Positions 40,072 to 50,413 of a stretch of DNA of 64,000 bases are shown here, one piece after another. The stretch spans positions 1,907 to 65,906 of the forward strand of contig JBILTX010000001.1 in NCBI GenBank assembly GCA_044371315.1, read 5' to 3'. The translations under genes and the position numbers were made by a program. The notes under the pieces were generated by a model, which saw only the letters and a list, made by a program, of their open reading frames with translations, had not been told where the DNA came from and made no database searches. The first letter of the stretch is position 1. Each line of letters starts with the position of its first letter. Source of the DNA: Alphaproteobacteria bacterium. GTDB taxonomy: Bacteria > Pseudomonadota > Alphaproteobacteria > JAJTHO01 > CANGYM01.

Positions 40072-40548
40072 TTATAATCCAACCCCCTCTAGGGTTAAAA
40101 GGGCTTGTTTTCTCTCTGCCCCCCAGCGATAGCCCCCGACGCCGCCCGCGCGGGGAACCACCCGATGACAGGGCACAACAATGGCGCACGGGTTGGCTGC
40201 ACAAGCCTGCGCCACCGCACGGATGGCGCTTCCATAGCCAATCATGGCGGCAACCTCGCCGTAGGTTCGCACCTGTCCCGCCGGAATTGTGGTGAGGGCC
40301 CGCCAAACTTGGTGTTGCAATGATGTTGCCTGGGGCAGGGCGTAGGGCAATTTTGGCCAAGGTCCCTGACCATTTAAAAAAATTTTCAAGGCCTCAACCC
40401 ACAAAGCCTGATCGGGGCTGTCAAAAGGGCGAGGCTTGCCCATTATAAAAGGTGGGGTATCGTCAAAAATAACCCTTTGAAATCCAAGGCTATTGCCTTC
40501 CCAGCACAAGGCCCCCAGCGGGGTGCTGAAAACACCGCTTGACATCAA
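40072..40548 (-). CDS. ogt: methylated-DNA--protein-cysteine methyltransferase
   Basis: IPAGQVRTYGEVA and the active-site PCHRVV motif. Confidence 0.9.
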   Translation of the reverse strand: MMSSGVFSTPLGALCWEGNSLGFQRVIFDDTPPFIMGKPRPFDSPDQALWVEALKIFLNGQGPWPKLPYALPQATSLQHQVWRALTTIPAGQVRTYGEVAAMIGYGSAIRAVAQACAANPCAIVVPCHRVVPRAGGVGGYRWGAERKQALLTLEGVGL

Positions 40549-41117
40549 GATCCTTCTTTTTTTTCAAAAAAAGTATAAGAGAGGGTTATGCTGGTGACGT
40601 CATCCATAAACGGATCTTTGAGTATGGCCGGATCCACGTAAAAACTGACAGGAAACCGTTTGGTTGCGCCTGGTTTAATGGATTGCTCTTTAAAACAAAA
40701 ACACTGGATTTTGTGAAAATATCGCCCCGCTTTTAAGGGGGTTACATTAAACGTCGCCGTACCCACAACGGGAGTCTGGCTATTATTGTGGGCTTCGTAA
40801 TAAATCAAAAAGGGGCGACCGGCGTGGACCGATACGCTGCGTTGTTCTGGTCGAAAAACCCAAGGCAATCCTGGGGTCACATCGGCATTAAATTCAATGC
40901 GGAAAGGTCGCCCCAGATTGGCTATTGGGTCCTTGGTCATGGGTGGGGTGTTTTCTCCGATTTGGGGTGTGCCCCCAAATCCGGTTACTTGGCAAAACAA
41001 GCGATAAAGGGGCGCAGAGGCAAAGGTCAAAACGAGCATGACCGCCACCAAGCCCACCAAGGGCATCACCGTTTGTTTGTATTTAGCCACCATGCCCCAT
41101 CCGATGTAGGGTGACAT
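40545..41117 (-). CDS. ctaG: cytochrome c oxidase assembly protein CtaG/Cox11
   Basis: N-terminal TM anchor, LYRLFCQVTGFGGT and the copper-binding CFCF motif. Confidence 0.9.
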   Translation of the reverse strand: MSPYIGWGMVAKYKQTVMPLVGLVAVMLVLTFASAPLYRLFCQVTGFGGTPQIGENTPPMTKDPIANLGRPFRIEFNADVTPGLPWVFRPEQRSVSVHAGRPFLIYYEAHNNSQTPVVGTATFNVTPLKAGRYFHKIQCFCFKEQSIKPGATKRFPVSFYVDPAILKDPFMDDVTSITLSYTFFEKKEGS

Positions 41118-41262
41118 AATAAAACAAAATCACCAGCAAAACCAAAAGAATCAGGACCGCTCGATTTTTACGGCGTGTTTGAAGATCGGGAACCATAAGC
41201 GCTTGCGTACCTAAACAGAATCAGATTATAAAGGACCCATCATGACATTGTAAAGCCCGATT

Positions 41263-41748
41263 ATGTCCGTCCTTCATCGCAGCGCACGCACTTGGTTTTT
41301 GTGGGAACTGGTTCAGGGGATGGCCCTGTCTTTGTCCTATTTTTTTAAGCCCAAAGTGACCCTGAGCTATCCCCATGAAAAAGGGCCAATCAGCCCACGT
41401 TTTCGGGGGGAGCATGCCCTGCGCCGCTATGACAATGGGGAGGAGCGCTGCATCGCCTGTAAATTGTGTGAAGCCGTCTGTCCCGCCCAGGCCATCACCA
41501 TCGAGGCAGAGCCCCGCCCCGACGGCAGTCGTCGCACCACACGTTATGACATTGACATGACCAAGTGCATTTATTGCGGTTTTTGCCAAGAAGCCTGCCC
41601 CGTGGATGCCATTGTGGAGGGGCCCAATTTTGAATTTGCCGTAGAAACACGCGAAGAGCTCTATTATACCAAAGAAAAATTGTTGGATAATGGGGATCGG
41701 TGGGAAGAGCAAATCCGAAAAAATCTCGCCGCCAATGCCGATCATTAA
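41263..41748 (+). CDS. nuoI: NADH-quinone oxidoreductase subunit I, located outside any nuo operon
   Basis: Two 4Fe-4S motifs [12 protein letters not shown] and [12 protein letters not shown], plus the NuoI-specific flanks [13 protein letters not shown] and [13 protein letters not shown]. Confidence 0.9.
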   Translation: MSVLHRSARTWFLWELVQGMALSLSYFFKPKVTLSYPHEKGPISPRFRGEHALRRYDNGEERCIACKLCEAVCPAQAITIEAEPRPDGSRRTTRYDIDMTKCIYCGFCQEACPVDAIVEGPNFEFAVETREELYYTKEKLLDNGDRWEEQIRKNLAANADH

Positions 41749-41764
41749 ATAATGGTCCGTTTTT

Positions 41765-42571
41765 ATGGCCGGAACGTCATCCCTTTTGCCTGCGACGCGG
41801 TTGACGTCGCATTTGAATATCATTCTTGTGCGTCCCCAAATGGGGGAAAACATAGGGATGGCCATACGGGCTATGGTCAACTGCGGTTTAACATCTTTGC
41901 GCTTGGTGGCCCCACGGGATGGATGGCCCAGTGAAAGTGCCCAAAGCGCTAGTGCGGGTGGCCTGAATCATCTATGCGTGTCTGTGTTTCCAACCCTTGA
42001 GGATGCCATTGCCGATCTGTCCTTTGTTATCGCCACCACAGCCCGTCCCCGAACGTTGGCCAAACCCTCCCTCAGTCATCCACAGGCGTGTGAGATCCTT
42101 TCCTCAAAGGCCCAAAATGACCCCGTGGGGCTTCTCTTTGGTCCCGAAAAAGCTGGCTTGACCAACGATGATGTGGCTTTGGCGGATGCCACGGTGACGC
42201 TGGATTTAAACCCTGCCTTTGCGTCATTAAACCTTGCTCAGGCTGTTTTTGTTTTTGCTTATGCCTTTTGGAATCTTCGGGATACGCCGCCTGAGCCCCC
42301 CCAAGAAGCCCACATAGCCGCCCCCAAAAAAGAGTGGCTTTATTTTTTTGAAACGTGGGAACGTGTTTTAATTCAGACGGGATTTTTGCATGTTCCTGAA
42401 AAGCGGGACATGATGATTCGGAATCTCCGCACCATGTTGATGCGTGGCCAGTTTTCCCATCAGGAACTTCAAACATTGCACGGGGTGTTTCGGTCCTTGC
42501 TGATGGCGGATGGGAAACGGGTCTCTTTTGAAAAAAAACACCCTGATCCAAACAAAACTGGCGATGCCTAA
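41765..42571 (+). CDS. SpoU/TrmH-class RNA 2'-O-methyltransferase (TrmJ-like)
   Basis: LNIILVRPQMGENIGMAIRAMVNCG N-terminal SPOUT motif, then LFGPEKAGL. Confidence 0.7.
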   Translation: MAGTSSLLPATRLTSHLNIILVRPQMGENIGMAIRAMVNCGLTSLRLVAPRDGWPSESAQSASAGGLNHLCVSVFPTLEDAIADLSFVIATTARPRTLAKPSLSHPQACEILSSKAQNDPVGLLFGPEKAGLTNDDVALADATVTLDLNPAFASLNLAQAVFVFAYAFWNLRDTPPEPPQEAHIAAPKKEWLYFFETWERVLIQTGFLHVPEKRDMMIRNLRTMLMRGQFSHQELQTLHGVFRSLLMADGKRVSFEKKHPDPNKTGDA

Positions 42572-42644
42572 AACCCATCTTTACATCCTATTTGTTTTAT
42601 GAAAGTACTTTAGACAAAGAACAAACCATAAAGAGGTTACACTT

Positions 42645-43418
42645 ATGGCGCACCAAAAACACCCTTATCACTTGGTGGATCCCAGTCCGTGGCCGTTGTT
42701 GGCATCGCTGGCGGCGGGGGCCTTGGCTGTGGGGGCCCTGTTGTTTTTCAAGGGGCTGACGTCCCATGGGTTGTGGGTTGGCCTGCTGTCTGTTCTGGTT
42801 TGTATGTATGGCTGGTGGCGCAGTGTGGTGAAAGAGGCCAATACGCCCGGCACCCACAATCCTGTCGTTCAAACGGGTCTGCGATATGGGGTGGTGCTTT
42901 TTATTGCCTCTGAAGTGATGTTTTTTGTGGCGTTTTTTTGGGCGTATTTTAATGCCCGTTTGTTCCCCGTGGGGGGCGTTTGGCCGCCTCAGGGCATTGT
43001 TCCGCTGGATCCCATGTCGTTGCCCTTTTTGAACACCTTGATTTTGTTGCTTTCAGGGACAACCGTGACGTGGGCCCACCATGCGTTGCTGCATGGGGAC
43101 CGTCAGGGGCTGCGTCAGGGGTTGCTGTATACCGTTCTTTTGGGAACGCTGTTTTTGGGATTGCAGGCTTATGAATACAGCCATGCGACCTTTGGGTTTC
43201 GTGATGGCATTTATGCCTCAACCTTTTACATGGCTACGGGATTTCACGGGTTTCACGTGTTGATTGGGACGCTGTTTTTGCTGGTGTGTTATTTGCGGGC
43301 CCGTTCCGGCCAGTTTACAGAAAAACACCATGTCGGGTTCGAGGCCGCCGCGTGGTACTGGCATTTTGTGGACGTCGTCTGGCTGTTTCTGTTTGCGTCG
43401 GTGTATTTGGGTGGTTAA
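42645..43418 (+). CDS. coxC: cytochrome c oxidase subunit III
   Basis: [17 protein letters not shown] start, seven TM helices and a conserved C-terminal [14 protein letters not shown]. Confidence 0.95.
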   Translation: MAHQKHPYHLVDPSPWPLLASLAAGALAVGALLFFKGLTSHGLWVGLLSVLVCMYGWWRSVVKEANTPGTHNPVVQTGLRYGVVLFIASEVMFFVAFFWAYFNARLFPVGGVWPPQGIVPLDPMSLPFLNTLILLLSGTTVTWAHHALLHGDRQGLRQGLLYTVLLGTLFLGLQAYEYSHATFGFRDGIYASTFYMATGFHGFHVLIGTLFLLVCYLRARSGQFTEKHHVGFEAAAWYWHFVDVVWLFLFASVYLGG

Positions 43419-43770
43419 GCCGCGGGTTTCTTTCCTGCACACGGTCTTTCGGGGCACATGCCCCCGATGTGGGGTGGGGTCTGTTTACGAAGGCTTTTTT
43501 GCGTTAAAACCCGCTTGTCCATCCTGTAATCTGGATTTGCGTGGCCATGACATGGGCGATGGCCCTGTTTATGTGATCCTTTCGTTGCTGTGTCTTCTGG
43601 TGCCTTTGGGGGCGCTTTTTGTGGAATTTCGGTATGAACCACCGGTATGGGTCCACGGGATTGTCTGGCCTGTGGTGGTTTTGGGGTTAACATTGGGCCT
43701 GCTGCGGCCGATCAAATCGGCCTATCTGCATCAGCAGTACTGTCACCGTTCTTTGAAAGAGGATGCCTAG
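43330..43770 (+). CDS. DUF983-family zinc-ribbon membrane protein
   Basis: CPRCG...CPSCN zinc ribbon followed by two TM helices, in the position after coxC that is typical for alphaproteobacteria. The start is ambiguous: the nearest in-frame ATG overlaps coxC by 89 bp. Confidence 0.55.
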   Translation: MSGSRPPRGTGILWTSSGCFCLRRCIWVVKPRVSFLHTVFRGTCPRCGVGSVYEGFFALKPACPSCNLDLRGHDMGDGPVYVILSLLCLLVPLGALFVEFRYEPPVWVHGIVWPVVVLGLTLGLLRPIKSAYLHQQYCHRSLKEDA

Positions 43771-44497
43771 GTTCATGCGGTGGCTGAAGCCCCTTTTGTT
43801 TTGGGTTGTTGTGCTTGGCATTCAAGGGACCCTTATGGGATTAAGCCACTGGCAATGGCATCGCCTGTCGTGGAAGGAAAATGCCATAGCCCTGAGGGAT
43901 GCACGCTGGGCATCCGAAGTCATTCCGGTAGAACACGCCCTTTCCCAAAACAGTATGCCCCCCGACTGGTTGAACGTCAGAGTGTGTGGCCAAGTCATAC
44001 CACAAACATATGCCAAAGTTTCCTACGTAGCGGGGCTGTCCAAGGCTGCTTTTTCTGTGGTGGTGCCCATGACGGCAGCATTGGGGCCGTTGGGGAATCG
44101 AAACATACTTTTGGATGTCGGTTATGTTTATTTTGATGAAGAAATAAACATGGCGTCGCAAGAAATACCAGAGCAAAGCACAGAAAAACAATGTTTTTCT
44201 GGACACATTATCCCTGTATCTCGTGCTTGGGGCGGGGGCATGGGCGGGAAAGGGCAGGGGGATGTCTACTCTTATTTCGATATCGACACAATGGCGCGTC
44301 GTTGGTCGGTGGATCCCTTTGTGCCGTGGGTGGTGCGGCTGGATCAGCCGGATGTGTTGGTGGCGGGGCCTGTTAAAGCGTATCCCAATACCCCGCCAGA
44401 ATTGCGTAACCCCCACTTGGGCTATGCGCTGACGTGGATGGCTTTGGCCGTGATTTGGCCCGTTATGGTGTGGCTGCGCCTTAAAAAAGCGCGATAA
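43763..44497 (+). CDS. SURF1-family cytochrome oxidase assembly protein
   Basis: N-terminal TM helix plus HWQWHRLSWKE, and a C-terminal TM helix with LGYALTW. Length is 244 aa. Confidence 0.8.
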   Translation: MPRFMRWLKPLLFWVVVLGIQGTLMGLSHWQWHRLSWKENAIALRDARWASEVIPVEHALSQNSMPPDWLNVRVCGQVIPQTYAKVSYVAGLSKAAFSVVVPMTAALGPLGNRNILLDVGYVYFDEEINMASQEIPEQSTEKQCFSGHIIPVSRAWGGGMGGKGQGDVYSYFDIDTMARRWSVDPFVPWVVRLDQPDVLVAGPVKAYPNTPPELRNPHLGYALTWMALAVIWPVMVWLRLKKAR

Positions 44498-44592
44498 AGA
44501 CACACATCAATGGATAGAAACATTCTCATGGTGCCTTTTTGAAAAAAGAGTCATTGACAAATGCCCCACAAAACGACACCTTAGGCACCGAA

Positions 44593-44685
44593 GGAGCGAT
44601 GGGTGAGTGGCTGAAACCAACGGTTTGCTAAACCGTCGTACGGGCTTTACCCGTACCGAGGGTTCGAATCCCTCTCGCTCCGCCA
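44593..44685 (+). tRNA. tRNA-Ser (anticodon GCU)
   Basis: Acceptor GGAGCGA/TCGCTCC, anticodon loop TTGCTAA, long variable arm, T-loop GGTTCGAATCC, encoded CCA. Confidence 0.9.
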
Positions 44686-44761
44686 TGATTCTCTCCGAAT
44701 GCTTTTTGAGCCGCAGTTAAGCGTTAAGTGTCTAATATAATTATTTTTTAAAAGGACATTT

Positions 44762-45364
44762 GTGTTAGACCAAATTATTATAGACAAACAGGTCACTGCC
44801 GCAATAGTGGGCGGTTTTATAGCGGGTTGCACTGGCTGGTTTATTGATTGGAAGCGTGAAAACAGGAAGTTTCAAGCCTTAAGAAATTTTTTGATCACGG
44901 GTATTTGTGATGATCTCCAGCATTCTGTTGGGCTTTTCGATAAAATTCACGAAGAGTATGAAAAAACAGGAATAATTTATTTTACAACACTCAATGAGTT
45001 AAAAGAATCAAGGTATGTGTACCACAACAACAAAGATTGGATGGCCATCTTTGATGATGGTGATTTGCGCAAGAAAATTTTTAAGTATTATCTACAGAGC
45101 AATAATGCAATTCATATGCTGGAGTTTTTTCAACAGAGAAAGTATGACATAGAAGCTAGAGTTGATGAATTAGCCATAAAAATCAAATCAGAAAATCCAA
45201 CGTTTTCACAGGAAGAGGCTCTAAAACAGGCTATTGGTTATATGTCTAAAGAACACACTGAATATGAGAATTTACCCAAGCACATCAGTCAATTTGCAAA
45301 TAAGTTAAAAGATTTCAAAACAACAGCTGAAACTATAATCACAAAACTTAAAACCATACAGTGA
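44762..45364 (+). CDS. hypothetical protein of the islet: N-terminal TM helix plus a 170-aa cytoplasmic domain
   Basis: AT-rich codon usage and one hydrophobic helix (VTAAIVGGFIAGCTGWFIDW). No recognisable domain. Confidence 0.5.
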   Translation: MLDQIIIDKQVTAAIVGGFIAGCTGWFIDWKRENRKFQALRNFLITGICDDLQHSVGLFDKIHEEYEKTGIIYFTTLNELKESRYVYHNNKDWMAIFDDGDLRKKIFKYYLQSNNAIHMLEFFQQRKYDIEARVDELAIKIKSENPTFSQEEALKQAIGYMSKEHTEYENLPKHISQFANKLKDFKTTAETIITKLKTIQ

Positions 45365-45717
45365 GAGTTCAAGTGAGATTTAAGCATCAATTTGTATTGA
45401 TATTTTTGGTCCTTGTTGTTGTAGGATCGGCAACAGCAAAAACTGAAAATAAAGCTGAGGACACCCTTGACCCGCGTTGGGTTTTGGCTGTTGCAAAAAA
45501 CACTGGGTCTTGTGGCATCATGCAGGAGATGATTTCCTTTCAGCAGAAAACAAAAATGCAAGGCGGAGATGATTTTGTGACGAGGTTTTTGCAAACGGAA
45601 TCAGCCCGTCGGGGTATCGCCGTTAACCAGATGTTCGATGAGTGCAATGATTCGATTGCCAAATATGGAGACTTATGGCAATTTATGGATCCACAGTCCA
45701 AACAGACAAAGCCATAA
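45361..45717 (+). CDS. hypothetical small secreted protein of the islet (GTG start)
   Basis: Signal-peptide-like FVLIFLVLVVVGSATA, four Cys residues, 4-bp overlap with the upstream ORF. Confidence 0.4.
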   Translation: MRVQVRFKHQFVLIFLVLVVVGSATAKTENKAEDTLDPRWVLAVAKNTGSCGIMQEMISFQQKTKMQGGDDFVTRFLQTESARRGIAVNQMFDECNDSIAKYGDLWQFMDPQSKQTKP

Positions 45718-45829
45718 GGGTGCTTTTGGTTTTTGCAGGAAAGAGTTGTCTATTTTGAGTGCTCCTGAATCTGCCCCAACATTTTTGAGTTGCCAAAGAG
45801 CCCCTCTGCGCTATACCTGAACCTGTGTT

Positions 45830-46801
45830 GTGTTCAAAAAGGATGTTATGCTGCCCAAACCATCGTTGACCGTGCTGATGGCCAGCCCGCGCGGGTTTTG
45901 TGCGGGGGTGGATCGGGCGATTTTGATCGTAGAGCGGGCGCTGGAAAAATACGGCCCCCCTGTGTACGTGCGTCACGAAATTGTCCATAATCGTCACGTG
46001 GTGCAGTCCCTCAGGAATAAAGGCGCTGTTTTTGTTGACGATTTGCAGGATATTCCCACGGATCGCCCCGTGGTGTTTTCCGCCCATGGCGTATCAAAGG
46101 CCGTGGTGGGGGAGGCCGAGGACAAAGCGCTGTTTACCCTGGATGCCACCTGTCCCCTAGTGTCCAAAGTGCATCATGAGGTTCTGCGCTGGCACAGTAA
46201 AGGCTATCACATCATTTTTATCGGACACCGCGGCCATCCTGAGGTGGAGGGCACCATGGGTCAGGTGCCGGCGGGGGCCATGACCTTGGTGGAAACGGTA
46301 GCGGATGTGGCGGATTTGAGTATGTCTTCGGACACACCGATGGCATACGCAACGCAAACCACCTTATCAGTGGATGAAACCATGGCCATTGTGGCGGCGC
46401 TGAAGGCCCGTTATCCCCACCTGCAGGGTCCCAAAAAAGAAGATATCTGTTATGCCACCACCAACCGGCAAGAGGCTGTGAAGCGACTGGCCCCGCTTTG
46501 TGATCTGTTTCTTGTGGTGGGGTCCCCCAATTCGTCCAATTCGCGCCAACTGGTTCAGGTCGCCATGGATTATGGATGCCCCCGCGCGGTGCTGTTGGAT
46601 ACACCAGACCCGCTACAGCGTTTGCCTTTGGTGGGGGGGATGACCGTGGGCCTAAGCGCAGGGGCATCAGCCCCCGAAGCGTTGGTTCAGGACATACTCA
46701 AGGCCCTGCAGGATTATTTCTTTGTGGAAATAAAAGAAGAAAGCGGCATGTCCGAAGGGGTCTCCTTTCGCCTACCAGTCATTCTTGAGGGGAATGACTG
46801 A
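45830..46801 (+). CDS. ispH: 4-hydroxy-3-methylbut-2-enyl diphosphate reductase
   Basis: LMASPRGFCAGVDRAI, with the other cluster-binding cysteines conserved. Length is 323 aa. Confidence 0.9.
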   Translation: MFKKDVMLPKPSLTVLMASPRGFCAGVDRAILIVERALEKYGPPVYVRHEIVHNRHVVQSLRNKGAVFVDDLQDIPTDRPVVFSAHGVSKAVVGEAEDKALFTLDATCPLVSKVHHEVLRWHSKGYHIIFIGHRGHPEVEGTMGQVPAGAMTLVETVADVADLSMSSDTPMAYATQTTLSVDETMAIVAALKARYPHLQGPKKEDICYATTNRQEAVKRLAPLCDLFLVVGSPNSSNSRQLVQVAMDYGCPRAVLLDTPDPLQRLPLVGGMTVGLSAGASAPEALVQDILKALQDYFFVEIKEESGMSEGVSFRLPVILEGND

Positions 46802-46803
46802 GT

Positions 46804-47766
46804 ATGGCGGTATTTACAAGTCTTTCCAAGAGCGACTTTGACCAAGTCTCTCAAGTATGGCCCATAGGGCCTATAGAGAAATACCAAGGAATGGCTTCCG
46901 GTGTTGAGAACACCACCTACCGAGTTTGCTCTGGTATGTCTAAGTATATCCTCACATTGATTGAAAAAAGGACCCGGGCAGACGATTTAAGGTATTTCTC
47001 AGAGCTTCAAAAGTATTTCTTTTCGCGAGGCATACCATGTCCGACAGTTGTTTTGACGGAGCATCAAAAAAACTATCAAGAAATACTTGGGCTGCCCGCT
47101 GTTTTGACGACGTTTTTATCGGGCCAGTCTTTGGAAGCCCTCAGCCAAGAAGCCTGTGCCCAAATGGGAGGGTTCTTGGGCACCATGCACCGCGTTCAGG
47201 GGGAGTTTCCCCTGCGTAAAGACAATCCCGTTTCCTTGGCTGCGTTGGGGGATATCTGGCAAAAATGCACGCAGGCGCAGGGCTTTTCCCCAGAATCTTG
47301 GGGGGGGCTTTACGACGAATTTTTGTTGTTGGGACAGCAGGATATGGATCATCTGCCCCGTGGAACCATCCATGCGGATGCCTTTCCCGACAATGTTTTT
47401 TTTGATGAAAAAGGGCAGATTTGCGGCATCATCGATTGGTATTTTGCGTGTTATGATCATTTGCTTTACGATGTCGCCCTGACCATGGTGGGGTGGTGTT
47501 ATGACGAAGCCCGTCAGTGGCGGCCGGATTGGGCAGGGGCATTTTTGCGGGCGTATTTGCGGGCGTTTCCTTTAGGGGCCTTTAAAGACACCGATTTGCG
47601 CTGGATGCTGCGTCGTGCCTGTGTGCGTATTGCCATAACGCGCCTTTATGATCACCTGTATCCCCGCGCCGACGGGATGGTTGTGCCCAAAAGCCCCTTG
47701 GATTTTTTGCAGCATCTGCAAAACCATCAGCGGGGGATTCCCCTTTATGAGGGATCGTTGCTATGA
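46804..47766 (+). CDS. thrB: homoserine kinase, type II (APH-like phosphotransferase fold)
   Basis: Position within the conserved ispH-thrB-rnhA arrangement. The [12 protein letters not shown] catalytic loop and [10 protein letters not shown] are present. Confidence 0.8.
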   Translation: MAVFTSLSKSDFDQVSQVWPIGPIEKYQGMASGVENTTYRVCSGMSKYILTLIEKRTRADDLRYFSELQKYFFSRGIPCPTVVLTEHQKNYQEILGLPAVLTTFLSGQSLEALSQEACAQMGGFLGTMHRVQGEFPLRKDNPVSLAALGDIWQKCTQAQGFSPESWGGLYDEFLLLGQQDMDHLPRGTIHADAFPDNVFFDEKGQICGIIDWYFACYDHLLYDVALTMVGWCYDEARQWRPDWAGAFLRAYLRAFPLGAFKDTDLRWMLRRACVRIAITRLYDHLYPRADGMVVPKSPLDFLQHLQNHQRGIPLYEGSLL

Positions 47767-48206
47767 CTTATCCTCAGGTTTGTCTGTATACGGATGGGGC
47801 TTGCTCGGGCAATCCGGGACCAGGGGGATGGGGCGCGTTGCTGACTATGGGGGCGCATGAAAAAGAACTATGCGGGGCCGAGGCCCATACCACCAACAAC
47901 CGTATGGAAATGATGGCAGCGATTCAGGGGCTTAGGGCCCTAAAAAATCCCTGTCAGGTGGATCTTTATACCGACAGCCAGTATCTTCGTATGGGGATCA
48001 CCAGCTGGATTGTGGGGTGGAAAAAAAACGGTTGGAAAACAGCGGATAAAAAACCTGTTAAAAATGAAGATCTCTGGCGGGCCTTAGAGGATCTGGTGAG
48101 CATCCATGACATCCGTTGGCATTGGGTGAAAGGGCACAATGGACACCCCGAAAACGAACGCGTGGATCTGCTGGCGCGGTCGGCAATATTGACTTTAAAA
48201 TCATGA
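47763..48206 (+). CDS. rnhA: ribonuclease HI
   Basis: [24 protein letters not shown] and DSQY active-site blocks. Confidence 0.95.
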   Translation: MTYPQVCLYTDGACSGNPGPGGWGALLTMGAHEKELCGAEAHTTNNRMEMMAAIQGLRALKNPCQVDLYTDSQYLRMGITSWIVGWKKNGWKTADKKPVKNEDLWRALEDLVSIHDIRWHWVKGHNGHPENERVDLLARSAILTLKS

Positions 48207-49423
48207 CGTTGCGGCATTGGATATACTTAGGAGTACTTGGTTTTTCCAGTGGATTACCCTTTATGGTCACGGGTATGACCTTGGCGGCCCGTCTGACCGA
48301 TGCGGGGTTTTCGTTGCAGACGTTGGGGTTGTTTGCCTTGGTGGGGATGCCCTATGCGCTGAAGATTTTATGGGCCCCCTGTATTGACCATCTTTCCTTG
48401 CCTTTTTTGGGTCCTAGGTTGGGGCAGAGGCGGGCTTGGGCGGTTTTGGCTCAGATGGGGATTCTGCTGATGTATGCGGCGATGGCTTTCGTTGGGCCAG
48501 AGTCCAACATTCTGATGTTTGCCAGTCTTTGTTTTGGTTTGACTTTTTTTTCGGCGACACAGGATGTGGCGCTTGATGGATACCGCATTGCGTGGCTGCA
48601 GAAGCATCAGCAGGCTTGGGGGGCAGGGGTTTTTGTGAATTGTTATCGTTTGGCCCTGATGGTATCGGGGGCAGGGGCTGTGATGGCCTCGGACGTTGTG
48701 GGCTGGTTTTGGGTGATGCTGGGGTTGATGGTGTTTCAAATTTTGGGTGTAGCCGCGATTCTAGCGCTTGGCCCCCAAGATGTTTCCCCAGAGTCTTATC
48801 ACGGATCATGGTTTTCTCGGGCGTTTTTGAAGCCTCTTCAAGGGCTTAAACAGCATAAAAACTGGATTGCTTTTTTGGCCATCGTGCTGACGTTTCGGCT
48901 GCCGGATGCTTACTTGGCATCCATGAATTATCGTTTTTTGCATGATATGGGGTTTTCTAAGGCTGAAATTGCCAGTGTGGTCCAGATTTACGGCCTGTCG
49001 GCGGCGTTTGTGGGGGGTGTGTTGGGTGGATTTATCATGCAGCGCTTGGGCCTGTATCGCGCCTTGGTGATTGCGGCGGTGCTGCAAATGGTATCGAATC
49101 TCAGTTATGCGTGGATTGATGGGCCATTTTTATCTCAATTGATTGTTGTGATGACCATAGAGGAGTTAGCCAGCGGGATTGCGACGGCTTCTTTCCTAGG
49201 GTTTCTCGCCCTTTTGTGTCAAAAGGATGTGGCGGCCACGCAGTATGCTTTGTTGACGTCGTTGGTCGCATTAACACGGATGTTGGTTTCGTCAACATCG
49301 GGTGTGGCGGCGGCGGCGCTGGGATGGGACACTTTTTTTGTTGCCTCCGCTTTGTTGGGGGTGTTGGGATTGGGCCTTGTGGTTGCGGTGCGCCCCGTTT
49401 TTGGCCGTTTGATGAGGGATTGA
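48203..49423 (+). CDS. ampG: AmpG-family muropeptide MFS permease
   Basis: N-terminus [20 protein letters not shown] characteristic of AmpG, with 12-14 TM helices. The start overlaps the rnhA stop (ATGA). Confidence 0.85.
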   Translation: MTLRHWIYLGVLGFSSGLPFMVTGMTLAARLTDAGFSLQTLGLFALVGMPYALKILWAPCIDHLSLPFLGPRLGQRRAWAVLAQMGILLMYAAMAFVGPESNILMFASLCFGLTFFSATQDVALDGYRIAWLQKHQQAWGAGVFVNCYRLALMVSGAGAVMASDVVGWFWVMLGLMVFQILGVAAILALGPQDVSPESYHGSWFSRAFLKPLQGLKQHKNWIAFLAIVLTFRLPDAYLASMNYRFLHDMGFSKAEIASVVQIYGLSAAFVGGVLGGFIMQRLGLYRALVIAAVLQMVSNLSYAWIDGPFLSQLIVVMTIEELASGIATASFLGFLALLCQKDVAATQYALLTSLVALTRMLVSSTSGVAAAALGWDTFFVASALLGVLGLGLVVAVRPVFGRLMRD

Positions 49424-49453
49424 CCCCTTAGGTGCGGTGCGTTAAGGTGTCTC

Positions 49454-50107
49454 ATGACCCAAATTCATCGCCTTCTTCCCAAAACCATCACCAAAGCCGT
49501 GATTTTTTTGCACGGGGTTGGCGCCAATGGTCAGGATTTGCTGGGATTGTCGTCTTTTTTGCGGCCTGCCCTGCCTGAAACCGTGGCCTATATCGCGCCC
49601 GATGGGTTTGATTCCTACGATATGTTGCCTGTGGGGATGGTGGCCGAAAGCTATCAATGGTTTTCTTTAAAGGATCGATCGCCACAGGTTTTGTCCGATG
49701 CCCTTGATCAGGCCGTCGTTCGTTTTCAGGTGGTGTTTGAGGATATGCGTCGCAATTTGGGCCTAGGGTACAACGACATTGTATTGGTGGGATTTTCTCA
49801 AGGCACCATGCTTGCTATACGTGCCGCCCTAGAATTGCCCTCACCTATTGCTGGTGTTATAGGCTTTTCGGGGGCTTTTTTGCCGCCATCGCGTATGCAT
49901 AGTCATCCCCCGTTTTGTCTGATTCATGGAAGGCAGGATGAGGTTATACCCAGTCAAGCTACAGAACATGCCGCCCACCAGCTCAAGCAGGGGGGATGCT
50001 TGGTGGACTATTTTATTGATGAAGATTTGGGCCACTCTATCGATGAAAGGGGCATACAAAGAATGACAAAGTATATCTCTCAATGGTTTAACGCGCCTTC
50101 TCTCTAA
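49454..50107 (+). CDS. alpha/beta hydrolase, phospholipase/carboxylesterase family
   Basis: VIFLHGVGANGQDL, the nucleophile elbow GFSQGT, and a C-terminal Asp/His. Confidence 0.8.
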   Translation: MTQIHRLLPKTITKAVIFLHGVGANGQDLLGLSSFLRPALPETVAYIAPDGFDSYDMLPVGMVAESYQWFSLKDRSPQVLSDALDQAVVRFQVVFEDMRRNLGLGYNDIVLVGFSQGTMLAIRAALELPSPIAGVIGFSGAFLPPSRMHSHPPFCLIHGRQDEVIPSQATEHAAHQLKQGGCLVDYFIDEDLGHSIDERGIQRMTKYISQWFNAPSL

Positions 50108-50413
50108 AAGGTTAACGGGGCGCGCGTCTATGCAGAGTATGGCAGGGGGTGTTTTGTTGAAAAAATCGCTCAAAACAATTGCATTTTCGTATGATTTAAT
50201 TTATATTAAATCATATCGGCGCTTTGGGGATGCCTTGGGATCTTTGGGGATTTCGGGATTTTCTCTTTATTTTCCTGAAATCCACCTAAAAAAACAAAAA
50301 CATCTGACTAAAAAGATAGGGTTTTTTAGGGGTTTTTTAAGCATCCGCTCTTCATTTTTGGGAAAGTTTAATCTGTTGTTACCATTCCAATATCGAAATA
50401 AAATGGGGTTTTT

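Larger units (their letters stand above)
44700..45830. other. low-GC (~35%) genomic islet inserted immediately 3' of tRNA-Ser
   Basis: Sharp compositional drop compared with the flanking sequence. Two co-oriented ORFs of unknown function. An imperfect copy of the tRNA 3' end (CCCTCTGCGCT) lies at 45802-45812. Confidence 0.5.

Noticed and set aside
41221-41880. 219-aa minus-strand ORF covering nuoI
   Set aside because: It is antisense to nuoI, which carries unmistakable 4Fe-4S motifs.
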